From Antedon mediterranea (taxonomy: Eukaryota > Animalia > Echinodermata), in NCBI RefSeq assembly GCF_964355755.1, contig NC_092673.1:15100948-15164947 (forward strand): 64,000 bases of DNA, written 5' to 3'. Position 1 is the first letter of the stretch. Each line of letters opens with the position of its first letter. Below the pieces are notes generated by a model. That model was not told the DNA's origin and did not search any database. It saw only the letters and a program-made list of their open reading frames with translations. A program made the position numbers and the translations under genes. Of the stretch, positions 36,801-51,800 are shown piece after piece.

Positions 36801-39800
36801 TACTAACAATATCTCGGGAAAGCAACAAGTACACCCTATAATAAAGTACTAATAATTTGCTGTACGTTCTGGCAGGACTGCCTGTTTATTGATGTAGTCA
36901 GTAATAATAATATGGTGATGGTTTAATAAGATTCTTATTCATCAAGTCTGAATATCTACATCATGTGGTTAAGGTAGTTTCAGGCAGTAACTAGGTAGTG
37001 ATGAACAAGGTAATATGTCTACTATGAGGCACCTTAAGGGCCTTACAGAATACTATCTATATTCACAACACACCCTCTTGTTTCCATATAAACGATGCAA
37101 AAGCTGTGCATTCCTTTCTTGATCATCGGTTAATCGTAGTTTATCGTGAACCCATTCCAATCACAAACTCAAACCTAGAAGATATATAATTTATAAAATG
37201 TAGATGACAAAATGTTATATTTAAAACATTTACTGAAAGGAGGTGAAAGCTGTACACAAGGCATTCTTTTTTTGCTGACTTAGAATGCTCAGCACCTAAA
37301 TATCAAGGTACTGTTAATTTATACTTTAAAAACATTCAGAATATGTACTGGTGTATATATTGTAATGACCAATGATTGCTTGTAGAAATGGAAAATTGTA
37401 CTTACACTAAGAAACCAACAAGTCAACAGTGAGTATGTAAATGCTTCAAAAATTATTCTGATCTTAACTGCACATCATATCATTGCACACAGGTTAAGAA
37501 ACTTCTTTATGTTGGTACTATCACATTAGGCCTAAAAAAAATGGTTTGTTTGCTTTAAAAATTGGAGTAGAGGGGCGGGTGGAAAAAATACATATTACAA
37601 AAACTGATCTGTATATAAGTGTGTAGAAGATGAGGGGGTGGGTGGAAAAAGTTTTGTTTTTTTTGTACAAATCCTAGGCCTACTACATCATTTGGGTTTT
37701 TTGGGCCTTGGATGTTTTATCGGAGTGAGACCTGCGACGAAAATAAAATACTATATAGTACTAGTGGTAAAGCTCATACCAACTTCATTTACTTATTAAG
37801 TACAATATGTTGCTTGCCTATGTTTGTTTTAAGCATGACTTAAAATCTAATTTAGTTGTATGGGTATTGTAGGAATTTGAATGAATGAACCAAATACACT
37901 TTACTAGTTGCCAGTTAATATTTATTGCAGTATTACCAAAATGACATTAAATATATTTTGTGGATATCCAATCACTTATGACGCTGGTGTGAAGTCTGGC
38001 TTTTTCTGCCCAACTTGCGGCAGTCCTCACATACTGGAAGAGCAACTCTATATTATCAGGGAGTTGAACTCCCTGGTAGTATAGTATATAGTAGTAGGCT
38101 AGCTAGTAGTAGTCCTAGTAGTTAGTAGGCCCAGGCCCTGAGGCTGAGAAGGCCTAGTTAAAAAAAAAAACTCCACAAACCATCGGTTTTTTTTGTTTTT
38201 TAAAAGGCAGCGATCGCCACCTACTGCTTGCTAGCATTACAGAAAAAGCTAACTTCTTGTCTTTCTGGATCCGCCTCCTCCTCCTCCTTGCAAACAAAAT
38301 GAATGTGCGTCAGACTTGTATATCTTGAAAGCAATTACAACAATTGTATATTACTGTAAGTGTAACTGGGAATGGCCTGTAAATTACCAGATTGTCAATA
38401 TCATTGTATTATTCTGTAATACAGATCACATGTGTTTTATTATTGGTCTTGGTAAAACTAATCACAGCTTCACACTGGATGAAAAGTCTGATCCAAACAT
38501 AGATATAAACTCTGTCTTTCACCATTCACTTTAATTAGTTTAGTTTTAATGTCATGGTTTAATTTCGTTTAAAAGTGAAATGGGAAGAGAATATCCAAAA
38601 GCGCACAATGGTCATATTTTGCCTTAGGTATTAAAATGTTATAAATTTACCATTTTGTTGTCATGAGTGTAATATTTAGACAGCCACAAAGTGCGATTGA
38701 GTCTTATATGTCTATTTCATATTTTTTTTGTAGAAGTAATCTGTGATGCCATTGGAGGTGAATTTAACATCATGTCTGAATATGAACCTATAGACTATTA
38801 TATTGAGGTAGGTCATGGATAAATAATGGGTAGGTTAAATTGTAATTACCATAGTTGCATGCACAGCTATACTGGTACTGGTACTGGTTCAAATAACCGT
38901 CTCACAGAGACATCTGGTAGCCATTGACTTGAAGTTGGCATTTGGATGTGTTACTTTTAAATGTAGGCCTACAGTATGAGAGTGACTACTACCAAATTAC
39001 ACAGTCACAAAACAACTTATAAAACAGTTCATATATACAGTTAAAACATTGCTGGGAATTATAAATTTCTGTTGAAGCAGGCTCTAATGATCTTGGCTCT
39101 TCCACTGAAAAGAGCAATCAATAAAGTGACAGTGACATGTGTTTTCATAGGTCAAATCACTGGTTGCATCCAGACGTACTTTCATTACAACTAATGACAA
39201 CTGTACCTTGTTTCATAGTATGTTTTACCCAAATGTACCAAAACCAACAATTTTATAAAATCCAGATATCGGAGCATCATCTCATATTACAATTGTTTTG
39301 CTATTGTTTTACTAACTTTAAACATAGGAAGTGAATCATTAATTTGATATGAAATTACATTAAAAAAAAAAAAACTTCCTTAAGAATATTAATAATTTTT
39401 AAAAATTCAGCAACTTGTGACTATTATTTGCAATTTGCAACAATCATAGATTCTTCTGAACATTTTGTCAGTATTTAAATTTAATTTTGTTAATTACCTT
39501 ATATCCTTTGGTATAATCCTACCCCACTAGAACATGAAATTGGGGCGACTTTGGAGGTTGGGGGGACTATAAAAAATGATTGGTAAGCATTTATTGTAAA
39601 ACTCATCTGAACTAGAGAGATGCTTAAAATCATCCAGACCAACAGTCAATACTGGGACTATACCCGGGGATATACCTGTTTGAGACGCATTCGGGGGTGG
39701 GTTAGACCCAAAGTGGGATTATACTCGAGGATATATGCTATTTATTTTCAAATACTATTTTGATTGACAGTTAAAAGACAACATTGTTGGCTTTATAATG

Positions 39801-42800
39801 TTGTTTGTCATTGGAATCATCTTCATCGTTGTGTTTCCGATCGTTGCACTTTGTTTTTGCTTTTGGCGATCTTGCAACAAATGCGGAGGTAGAATGGAAC
39901 AGAAATCTTCTTCAACTTGCATGTGTTGTTATTGGATTATTGGTTTAATAGTTTCATGTGCTTTCATTTTGTAAGTTCAAATCTATTATTTTTATTTTAT
40001 TTCCATCTTAATCAGATTTTAAATCAATTTAATTTTTAAATCGTCATCATAAATTTGTTTGGTTTTAAAATCATAAATATGATTTTTTTAAATATATGAA
40101 ATCTGATATAGATTTAATTTTTGTTTAGTTAAAATCCATTATTTTTTAAATTTTATCCTAAATCTTAAATTTAATCTTAAAGTTAATCATATTTTAAATT
40201 TTAAAATCCAATTTTATTTTTAAATTCAATCATAAATTTATTTGTAAATATATATAAATATATATCTTTTAAATATCAGAGATATAAATATAGAAACCAA
40301 TGGTTTTTTTTCTAAACGTTAAAAACCATCTTAAAACGGTAGGATGAAAATGTCACAGAGGGTAAAAGAAGTCTTTTTTGGTTTTTTTTGATAATGAAAG
40401 ATCTTTTTTTTTTTACTTTTAGAGGTGGTGTTGGTACCGCCTACTCTCTGAACAATTACACAGCTGATTCAGTTGAAACATTTGCAGACGATGTCAACAG
40501 CAACATTGATAACATAGTGACATTTATTGAGAACACACACAATGTAAGTAAAATAGTTAACAACATTGATTATATAGTGGCATTAATTTCAAAATAAATT
40601 CCAATCAATTGACAGTGTGATCAGTAAAAAAAAATCATTCTTTAGGATGCAACAATTTTATTGTTTTTATTGATTATTTAATCGAACTCGAAGCCAGTAT
40701 AAATGGTTACTTTATAATTCTAGGATAAATATTTTCTAACCCTTTCACTGCGGAGCATTATTCCCACCTCTGTGCGTAATATATATTTAAGAAAAACATG
40801 ATATTTTAATAAATTGCAAAAAAATACTAATTGAGATAATTGTGTAATTATTTTTGTGGTGTGTGAGTTAGGTATAAAAAAAAAGTAATTTGCATATTGA
40901 TGACGGCATGTGACGTCATTACAGGTATTTTGGATTTCGTGTTTTTTATCGAATCAATGATAAAAACTATATTTTCTATAAGAAATTCTTATGGAATACG
41001 TTTTTCCAACTGGATATTGATGAAGATATGTATAACAAATAAAAATATTTTAAAAAATTGAATTATTTTTATTGTTTTATAAAAATTATGCACAAATCAA
41101 AGTTTTGGGGCAAAATCGTGAAAATAATGACAGTTTCCAAAAATTCACTATAGTACAAAAACTAACTATTGTTTCAGAATTTTTTTTTTTGCGTGTTGTG
41201 ATAAACACGATGTTGCCCTATTGGGGCTAGTAAATTTTTTTTACTTTCAAAATGGCCGCCATTACGCTACTCAAAACAACTTTTCAAGGTTGAAATACTA
41301 TTTATACTATATAATTAATTAATTAATTAACTATAGAGGGCCGTTTTTTTTGCTGGAAAAAAATGTTAATGACTATATGAGGGTGCTATATATTATAGGC
41401 AAATACGATTAAATCATTGTTTTGCCCATACCCGGTATTACCGTGTATACGTATTTGAACGACGTCTGTTTATACCCGGTAGTACCGGGTATACGCAGTG
41501 AAGGGGTTAATTTCCTTTGTTTTCTGTTGTATATGATGTATGTTCGCCGCAATGCAAACTATAGGCATTTTACTGAAAAGTGTGTAATTGGAAAATTTTC
41601 GTACAAAACGTTTTGGGCGACGCTTGGTAACATGACGATCGTTCATACATTTAAAAGACATAAAACAAGTACAAAAAACTTCTCTATGATATTAAAGATG
41701 TATTGTCCCTTTGACTAATTCCAAAAAAAATTTTTTTTTTTATTTCGAAAAAAAGTGGGTTATTTTGAAGTATCATAATAGTTATTAACTTTCACCAAAA
41801 ATGAGTCGAAAAAAAAAAAAATTTTACCGAAATACAGATGTTTTTTTGTTCAAAAAATAACTTTGACTTCCAGTCAAAGTTTTCAATCAAAACATATCTC
41901 ATAATGCAAACGCGCTTGTTTGGCTACTCTGTATGCATAATCATAAAACTTCCTCGCGATCTGTGTGAAAACACCTTCTCAACCGTGACGAGTTGTAAAC
42001 AATCCTAATTAGCATCATGCATAACGCATACTCATGGTTTGAAATCTTTGTTTACTTTCGCTTGTGACGATTTCCCAGACGAAATGTAATCTAATTAATT
42101 TACCTGTTAATTATGTAAACTTGTTGTTTTTGGCTCGAATTTTTGATATGGCCAATTTAAATTTAGAATATTTTTTTTTTCATTTTTTGTGTTTCAAGGG
42201 ACAATACATCTTTAAGCATTTAACTTTTTTTATTTTTGAAATTATATTTTTTATAAATGTGTAGATTTTAAAAATATTGATACAATATTTAAGATTATTA
42301 TCAAACTCTAAAGATAGCAATACAAATGACAACAAATAAACCTTTTTACTATGGGAATTTCTGAAGTAAAATGAGTCGTTTAAAATGTTAAATTGTAATT
42401 AATCAGAAGTTTTCCCAGATATGCAGCAAGGTCTATCATCTAATATTTAGATATCATTTTATTTATTTACAATTAAAATTATTTGGAAGTAATTACTATA
42501 TTAGAGTATCGTTTAACAGAATTTTGGCTATTTCGACGCATCAGAATAGACGTGCCTATGTTACAGCATAGGCGCATTGCGCGTCTTACAGGTTATCTAA
42601 AGAGACCAATTTTTTTAATTTTTGGTGTATAATTTACATTAAGTAAAACGACTAACCCATGATGAAATTAAGCAATTACTATCTGAGCTCAACATTATAA
42701 CTCGCTTAGCTTCATCAAGCCTATTATGTTTTCCACTAGGTGAATTTATTCGTGCGAATTGAACATTTTTGCGTATACGCGCGCATGCGCAGTTTATTTT

Positions 42801-45800
42801 ATCAGCAAAGTTTTCCATCGGGCGTGCGTATACGCGAAAATGTTTGATTTGCGCGAATAATTTCGCCTAGTGGAAAACAGGCTTTACAACATAATGTTCT
42901 TATCTTCTCATATAGGGAGTTTTCGCACGAGCACGTAAACGTTAAAGTCATCTTCCCTACGTTTTTTAGATCTAATTTAAGATCACAAACTATATTTAAT
43001 GTAAAAATAATACTATATGGTCCTATTGCGATAACTGTTTTCGTCTTTAAATGGTTAAAAATGTGAAAAATAAGTCGATTCTAATAATTATAGCGGCCCG
43101 TTATAAATCCCAAAATGCATTGCGCGCGGATTGATATTTATAGTTTTTTTTTTCTGTAATTCACCCACTTTTCGATCGATCATGAGGCCAAAACAAATGG
43201 AAGACTCCTAACTTTACAGCGAAAATACCGGGTTTTCCCCAATTTGTATCAACGGAGTCTGGCAAAAATGTCTTCTTCTTTATTGTATCAAACAATCAAT
43301 ACAAAAAGTAGCCAAGATATAACCGAAGCTAATCAAGCTTGGTACCTTTTAAAACATCTTAACTAACTTTTGCTACGAAATTAACAAATAAATAACAGAA
43401 CTTAAAGCTCAGGTACAAGCATGAATTTTAAATATAATATCTGGTTAATTGTACATAAATCAAATATTTGTAACAGAAATCAAGACAAAAAAACATGAAT
43501 TTCCCTTAATATGGTCAAACACAAAATTTGGCAAAATTCTGCCATAAAAACCAGGAAGAGCGGGAGATTGAGACGTGTCTGGCAGAGACAGATGAGAACC
43601 TTGATTATTTACTATTTTATGAGCATGTAACTTGATGTAATTCGAGCATTGATAAGAACAAAGACGACTGTGTACCAGAGTGGAGTTGACTCTTGATTGT
43701 TTGACTACTTGTATGAGGGCATTGCAGGGGTGTTTGTACTTTTATCTTTTCGTTCTGCTACATCTGTATCAGTTTGAAGTTGTGTTCCAATAAACGTCTA
43801 AACAACGTATCCAGTCTTTGGTCTATTCCTTTGACGTGTTTGTTCGACTCACGACAATAGCATGAAAATAAAAATCTAAAGTTGAATGAAAATACCAGAA
43901 ATGTAAAATTCAAGTTATATTAACTATATTTAGTATATCTGATAAAACTTTTTACCACACGTTTATTTTCATAGCTTTTTAAAATGCCTCTCTATTTACA
44001 AAATTTGTGTACAAAAGAATAGAGATTTTACTGTCTAATTTGAACTATCCCCCCACTGATAAGAAAGTGCTTACTTTAAACAAGCTTGTGTGACACAAAT
44101 AAAATCCCAAAAATTATGAAACATAGGGGAAACTATAGATCGATAATTATTTAAAAGAAAATAAAAATTTGATAACGTCAAAAACAAACCAAAAATTTTG
44201 AATAATAAATAAATAACATAACATAAACATAAAGTGCTGTATGTAATGTACTGTAATAAACAAAACCATATCAGTTCAATAGATAATATCTGATGGATTA
44301 ACAATATATAAAAATTGTAAATTATAGATTATTCTTTTATATACTTAAATAAAAGTAATTCTTTAAGTTGTTTAGAGAAAGCAAATCTAGATGTAATTGT
44401 TCGTAATTCTAAAGGTAAATCATTCCAAATAACAGCACCAGAAAAAGGTATAAAGTTTGTTTATATCTAATATTTTAATATCAACCAGTATAATTATAAT
44501 ACATATGATATAGCCTACCATTCAGGCTCAAATACAGACAAACTTCACGTACTACTGTTTAGTTTCAATCTCCATTCATGTACGCTACCTTAAGTAAATG
44601 AAATAAAGGCAATGAATGTGTTCCAAAGTTAGAAAAAGTCATACACCTGACACACATTTTTTGTGTAACTAAAAGGGGTTTTAAATAAGAATCATATGTG
44701 CTACCCCATATCTCAATACCATACATTAGATGTGGCTGAATAAAAGCATTATAAAGCAAGATTAAAGTGTTCCGAGGGATATAGTGCCGTAATTTAAATA
44801 AAATACCAACCCGCTTCCTTAATTTATTGTTCAAATCAACAATGTGGTCTTTAAATGAAAGAAATTTATCCAAAATAATACCAACAAAAGAAATCGTATC
44901 CGTTTCAGAAATCTTATTATTATTTATCTTGATAGAGCCATTGATACTAATGTTTTTATTTCTTGAACGAAAAACAATAAACTTAGTTTTGTCAGTATTA
45001 ATTGTTAATTTATTGGCATTACACCAATTAATTACTTTTTGAAATTGTATGTTAATGTCGTCAAGATTTAACACATTTCCAGATAAAGTTTTAAATAGGT
45101 TGGAATCATCAGCAAAAAGTCTAAAATTAAAAAAAATCAGTAGAATTTGGCAAATCATTAATATAAATTAAAAACAAAATAACACCGAGCACCGATCCCT
45201 CGGGAACACCACAATTGATGGGCAGTCTATCTGATATAAAGTTTCCTGAAGACACAAACTGACATCTGTTACTAAGATAAATAGAAATCCACCGTAGAGG
45301 ATTACCTCTTACTCCGTAGTAATTTAGTTTAGAAATTAAAATGTCATGATTAATGGTATCGAAGGCCTTGGAAAAATCAATAAAAATACCAAGAGCAAAC
45401 TTGGAATTGTCTAAGTGAAATTGAAGAGTATTAACTAAATTAATTAAAGAAAGCTTGGTACTATATTTTTTCCTAAAACCATATTGGTGTTTATGAAATA
45501 AATCAAATTTGTCAAAAATTTTTATTCTTCCATCTCGATGAGCTCATTCAATCTGTGGCTCGTCAATCTCAAAATATTTCTTCAACATAGCTCTTACATT
45601 TTCTCTAACATTCTCGCTTGTCTCATTCTTTTTTTCGACCATACCGATGATTCAAAAGTTGTTCCTACGGGAAAAACGCTCTAACTTGTTTTCTGCTTCT
45701 TGCATTTTTTCCAATAGAATTTTGTGGTTGTTGGATTTTCGCTCAAGTTCATGTATTTTGTCTTCCATAGGCTTGACTTGATTTTCCAGGATATCAACAC

Positions 45801-48800
45801 GTTGTGTCTGGAAATCCAATGCAATCTCAAAGTTAGAAAGCTTACTTTTTATGTCATTAAACAAATTTCTGGAATGTATCCCCTGTGTCCATGGGAGTAG
45901 CAACTCCCTGGTCCATAGCAGTAGACAACACCGTAGGTCTAGGCCCACTTTCTTCATCGCTGGAGTCCGTTGTAGTCTGCGATTGCTTCGCTGGCCGTTT
46001 TGAGCGGCCATTAGTTGTACTAGATTTTAACAACGGTAATATCTCACAGATGCAGAGAAATAATTCCCAGAAAAGTAGGTGTAATGAGTAATGAATAATT
46101 ATTATTACTACAAAACAGCTAGGCTGCTACAAAATGAGGTCAATCAAATAAAAATAGTTAAAATCTCCGGAGATTCTTAGAGCGTGGTGTTGTACTAGGC
46201 GTCCATTAGTAATATGTGATAGACAAAATAGAAAGACAATTTTAAGGCAGCAACTATACAACGTCAGGCTAGGTATATAGCTGGCGTACGATGTTCGTAC
46301 GTTACCGATGTTTACCAGCTAGACCTACAAAACTAAGCCTAGCTAGGCTAGGCCTAAAGACCGTCCACGAGAGGTCAGTCGCCACGAGCTACTTAGGTAG
46401 TGCATTGTTTCTCACTTTTTATCATAATTTACGTGCATTTAAGACAAGGAATGACCTGGTTTAATGTTTTTAAAGTAATATATATGTATTATTTTTACAA
46501 AACGTCACAAATTGTAGGGAAGGTGTCTTTAACCTTAACGCTATTTTCCAAGCTCCGCCCACTTTGTAAACAACTTGATCTGTGCATGCGCAAGCATTAC
46601 GAAAAACTTTAATTACGTGCGTCGAGAACCTTATTTCTGAAAAATAGCGTCAATAACAAATGTTAACCGAAGCATGATTAAACATGCCTGGCTAGGCTTA
46701 GTCTCTATAAACCCAAGGTATTCCATGATTTGTTTTAATACGTGTGGGGTATGTTGCGTGCGCTACAAGTACGTTAACGCAACTGTTCGCTGAACTCTGT
46801 TGTTGTGCAAATGAGTAGAATGTTGACGTTATCCGTTAACGTTTACGTGCTCGTGCGAAATTTCCTAATAATTCGTAGCCTAAACAATAAATTATTGTTT
46901 TACCATTGTTTCACCGCTCCGTTTTATTAAAAATTTACAGAACGTGACTTAAAATACTAACAATTTAGACAACAGAATCGTCCCACATATTAAATTGTTA
47001 TTTTAAAGAATTCTCACAGACACAGTTTTACCTTCGTTGCTACCTTAATCAATCGAGCAACTGCACGTTGAAACCAGCTTTCCCAGCAAATCAATGTATG
47101 GCTTCTTGCACTTTATGGTTATATCTGTGGTATCAAGTTCAAGAGAAGTACACATTTCTTGCAACATTGGCAAAGAGAATCTGGAGAGTTTTCTTGAGCT
47201 TTCAGTTCACAAATATTATGCCTTTCAAACATTATTGGATGCTGCAAGCCTATTGTGTCCACTACGGTTTGCGACAAAAGTTGAATTTCTCTTTCTTTTT
47301 CCGTTTTTGAATCGTCTCCATTTTCTTAGACTTCGTCGCCATCTTCATTACTATCGTAATCATCATCTTCGTCATCATCATCATGAACGGCTGCATCTGT
47401 CCTTTTTTTAGACAAGCGTGAGAAAAAACTTGCAATCTGCTGTGCTGTTAAAAATTCACTCTTGCTAATTAGATGTGAACCATCGCTATGCCTAGCTGAT
47501 CTCATCTCTCGTGAGCCATCACATGGATCAGCCTTCTGTCCTGTCTGCTCTCTAGTATCAAAAACATCAATAAGGTAGGTTTTCTGTGGAACAGAAAATC
47601 GGAGTATTTTTTTGCAGAGGACTTCCGCATTATCTTGACGCAGATACACAGAGTGTATATCGGGTGCAATAGATGGCAGCTGCCTCAACACATCGTCGAT
47701 AATTGCCACAACAGTAGTACTATTCTGACTGCAAGATTTAAAAATATGCACAAGCGTAAGCATCTGTACCTCTCTATCTTTATTCTTTTTCGTCAAGATC
47801 GTTATGTGCCACGGAAGTCCACGCTTTCCAAACCAGTCTCTTTGGCTTTCGCGGTATTTACGTGGTACAAACTTCATCGCCCAGTCTAAAACAATTAGGG
47901 CACTGACCAGGATTCAAATCTCCTAAAATATCATGTCGTGCAGCGTCTTGGTTAATGGTTTTTAAGATATGCGCCTTCCACGTCTCGATGTCTTGGACTG
48001 GCTGTGTAATTACGTACTGCATGTCATCTTTCTCTTCAGAAGAGCAGCGCACTTCGTTGAAAGCTTAATGAATTTCAGACAAAGCTTCGGGAAATATACG
48101 ACATCTGTCACATCTTACATTGTGGTCATGATCACAGACAGTCTGGTAATCTTTGTCTTCGCAAGAACTAAGAGCATACCCCCTACAATGATCGGCAACT
48201 TCAGAATGGTTAGAAATGTGAATCTGCAATAATATATAAAATGAATTGTATAAAAAATGTAATTAGTCTTGAATGTTTCTTACACGCTTTACTGAGCAAC
48301 ATACAACGCGCTACTTTGTGTTTTTTTATTATATTGTTTTTCTATTTATACTGTAGCAGTTATCAAGATATTTTTACAAGATTGTTATTACCTTATAGTC
48401 ACCTTTTAGGTAGCGCTTGGCATCTTTAAGTTTTTGATATTTTTGTTTGGCCCATGTCAAACCCATTTCATAGCAATCTCCCAGCTTATCAACGATGTTC
48501 TCCAGGTCATCGAAGGCTTTTCCACCATTGGCAGAGATATAATCAAGGCCCTGTAAGGATTTGCGTACAGAAGCAGAACAAACGCTGAGAACTCTACACA
48601 ATGTACTGCGGCTCATAGGTTGAAAATTCTTCTCCTGACATTAACTCTCGTATTGAAGAATACACTGTTCTGGGATAAGATTACACACAACATTTGGGAT
48701 TTTTATAACTCTGTCTGTAGAAAGTTTTAGAGTTTTTTCTCCAAATGGCAAGTCTTGTATAACTTGAGAACTTGTTATAAAGGTAACAAAGTGGTCTGTA

Positions 48801-51800
48801 CGCATACTCTAGTGTTCTTTAGAGGTTGAATTACAGAACTTAGCTACCATGTAACAATAAATTGTGTTTGGCCACGTTAAAACGATATCTAGTCAAGTTA
48901 GGTATCCACTTCTGCAGTTCCTTGAAGGTAACCTTATCAACCATGATTGATAAAATCTGCCGTCTTGTACTCCAGTGGTTAGTATGAAGATAGCATTCTG
49001 ATAGAGCATCTAATAGAGAAGAATCGATTCTTTCGTCAGCTTCTGTGGTTTTATCACTTGATAAGCCTTCAAGTAGAGTAGTCGACTGACCAGGTGTAGG
49101 TGCGATTTCTTCCAGGCACATAGAGACAACTTGACGAGCCTTGCGCATGTGGAAACGTTTAGTACGGTCTGAAACTTGCTCCAGCGGTGCAGATAAAGGA
49201 TATCTAATTGGACTGACATCCCTTGAATTGAGAAATGCATTTAATTTTTCTCTTGGTGTAGATTGAATTGATTCATCTTCTCAGGTAGTTGAAGCAAAAG
49301 TTGTATCACAAAATTGATATAGGCTCATTTGAGTATCCATAACATCACACATCGGTGTTTGACAAGTTGGAGTGGCTAATGGCATGTAGAACTCATCCTT
49401 ATTACTTTCCTGAAAATAAGAATAATTTGGTAAACAATTACTACTGACTTTGATTCAATTATTGACACACTGATTTGTGATATATATAAAATGATGACAA
49501 TGGCAGGGAATACAGAAAATATTCATCGTACCACCAACATACAAAATAAAATGAACAAAGTAACATGAAACACATTAATTTACATAATCTTTCCGCCAAT
49601 AAATGCGTATTCATAAATGTCATACTGTACGGTATTTTTTAACTTACAGTTGTTAGTGCGCTCATCTGATCGACGAGACTAGGGCTATTTGTTTCAGTGT
49701 TCGAGGTTACAGGGGAACAATGACTTCAAGTTGAACAGATACCTGATAAAAAGCGTAAAAACATTTACTTACAGGTTCTTGTTTAACAGTAGACTTGCCC
49801 CAAGTCTGTATTGTTTTTTTTTTAATTTATTTGTTTTTATTTCGACCGCGATTTTTGTCTGAAAATACAGACTTGTGAAACACGTATAGAAATCGATTTG
49901 CAGACCGCAAACATCCGATAAGAATGACGTAGGTTATCATACCGTATTTGGCTATATGGGGCGGGCGGTATGTAAATATGGATTTCGAATCAACCAATGA
50001 TCATTTTGTTTCAAAATGAAAAAGATCGAGTAGGCCTACGTACAGTGCTGAATGTACGATCGAGACTGTTAAAATATGAAATCGTGTTGCCAAGTTGTTT
50101 TGTTTATTAATTGTTTAGTCCTTAGCCTAGGCCTCCTTCGTAGGTCCTACTCAACTCGCACGTATGACCTGCCAAATAAAACGCCAATAAGGTAGGCCTA
50201 CAGCCTACCACCACCGGCACACAACAGGATTCACACACAACAGGGAGCTACACCATACACAGAACAGGACAGGTCTGGGTGGGAATTAAATCAAATTATC
50301 TCCGCGTAATATTAAATCAGGGAGATGTAAATTACATCTCCCTGATTAAATGATCCATATAAAATCCTTTCTAGCCTTCAGAAACTTTCATCAATGTACC
50401 CAAAGTACACATTGTCTAAACGTAACAGAGCGCGTGCGTACCATCTTAGTTGTTGAGTCTTTGAAATTCTGAAATATGAATATTAAAACAGTGTACGAGT
50501 GAGTAGCCAATCGCATGCAGCTGAAACTAGTCAACCGGATAATCTATGCACCAAGAATTCTTGGTGTCAAACCACGTGACTTTTGCGTGTTTCCCCAGAC
50601 GGAGTATCCAAACTCAAGTAATACACGTATGAAGCGCCATATGTGCAAAAATATTTATATTTTTACTAATATTAAGAAAAAACTCCGTCTGGAGCCCAGA
50701 CTAGTTTAACAGTTTAAATTACATTAAATATATAATAATTTAATTATATTTACCTGAACCAACTTGCAGGAAAGTTCCTGTTTTCTTTAATATTAGTTGC
50801 GAATCTTCTTTGCTAATACCCCTATCGCATTTGGGTCCCTTTCCCTTGCTTTGGATGTGATTAGAGAGATCAGGCGGCACTCTACATCTGTTGTTATTTC
50901 CTCGAGACCAACCTAAGCCAAGTTCCGATTGATGCAAGGGACAAACAGTCCAACTATGAATATCAGCGGGCAAGGTAAACATGGCTGCTCGACTAAAAAT
51001 TAGGTCTACCTCACTATCGATACCCGTAAACCTAAACATGTGTGTGCAGCGATTTCCTTCTGGCATGCTTGTAAAGGTAGGACTTCAGTGCTCTGTTTGC
51101 GGTCTTTTCTATTGAATCCACAAGCTCCGCCAACAACTGATTTAAAAGAACATAAAATCTCCATGTTGTTTGAACTTAAAGCCATCAGACAATACACTAT
51201 ATATAAGAATTATTTTCAAAACGTCTTTACATTGTAAGACAGAAACTAAAATTGATAACAAATCTGTTCCGTTGTCAACGTCAATGAAGATACGCAGTAA
51301 AGTGTTTTGTCTACTGTGGTTAATGTTTTGAAACATTCTCGTTGAGTAAGTTCGACCAGGTTCGACAAACAAGAAAACGATAACAAGTTAAAACAAATGT
51401 GTTTTTCAGTTTTATGCTATAAACTATGAAAGGATGGAATGATTTATAATAATATGACAAAGCATAAGCGAGTGATTTTGAGTTAATTGCTTAATTTCGT
51501 ATTATTGTTTAGTAATTGAAATTTTACCAGAAACGTATTTTTAGTTTGTGTTTAAATTGCAATTTAATTCAAAATTATTCCAGGAACTTTCAGTTTATCT
51601 TTCAAGTTTGTTTCTCATAATAAAAGTTTGGCTCAAAGCGACTTAGATTGCTAAATAGAGAACAATAGGTACATTTAATTGATCTTGCCGACAGATAAAA
51701 TCTTTGAATTTCTTACAACTTTGTGGCTCTGGCGCGGAGCGCAAAATAGTTTCCCAATTTTGTTTACTTAATTCATAAATATTAGTATCTATACCGTACT

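Larger units (their letters stand above)
42946..46528. mobile_element. Kolobok-type MITE family B split by retroelements
   Basis: TTAA TSDs; 42946-43269 plus 46223-46528 reconstitute the 24686 element. Confidence 0.8.
42914..46866. mobile_element. Harbinger-like MITE, expanded by nested insertions
   Basis: ~32-bp TIR AGGGAGTTTTCGCACGAGCACGTAAACGTTAA mirrored at 46836-46866. Confidence 0.7.
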
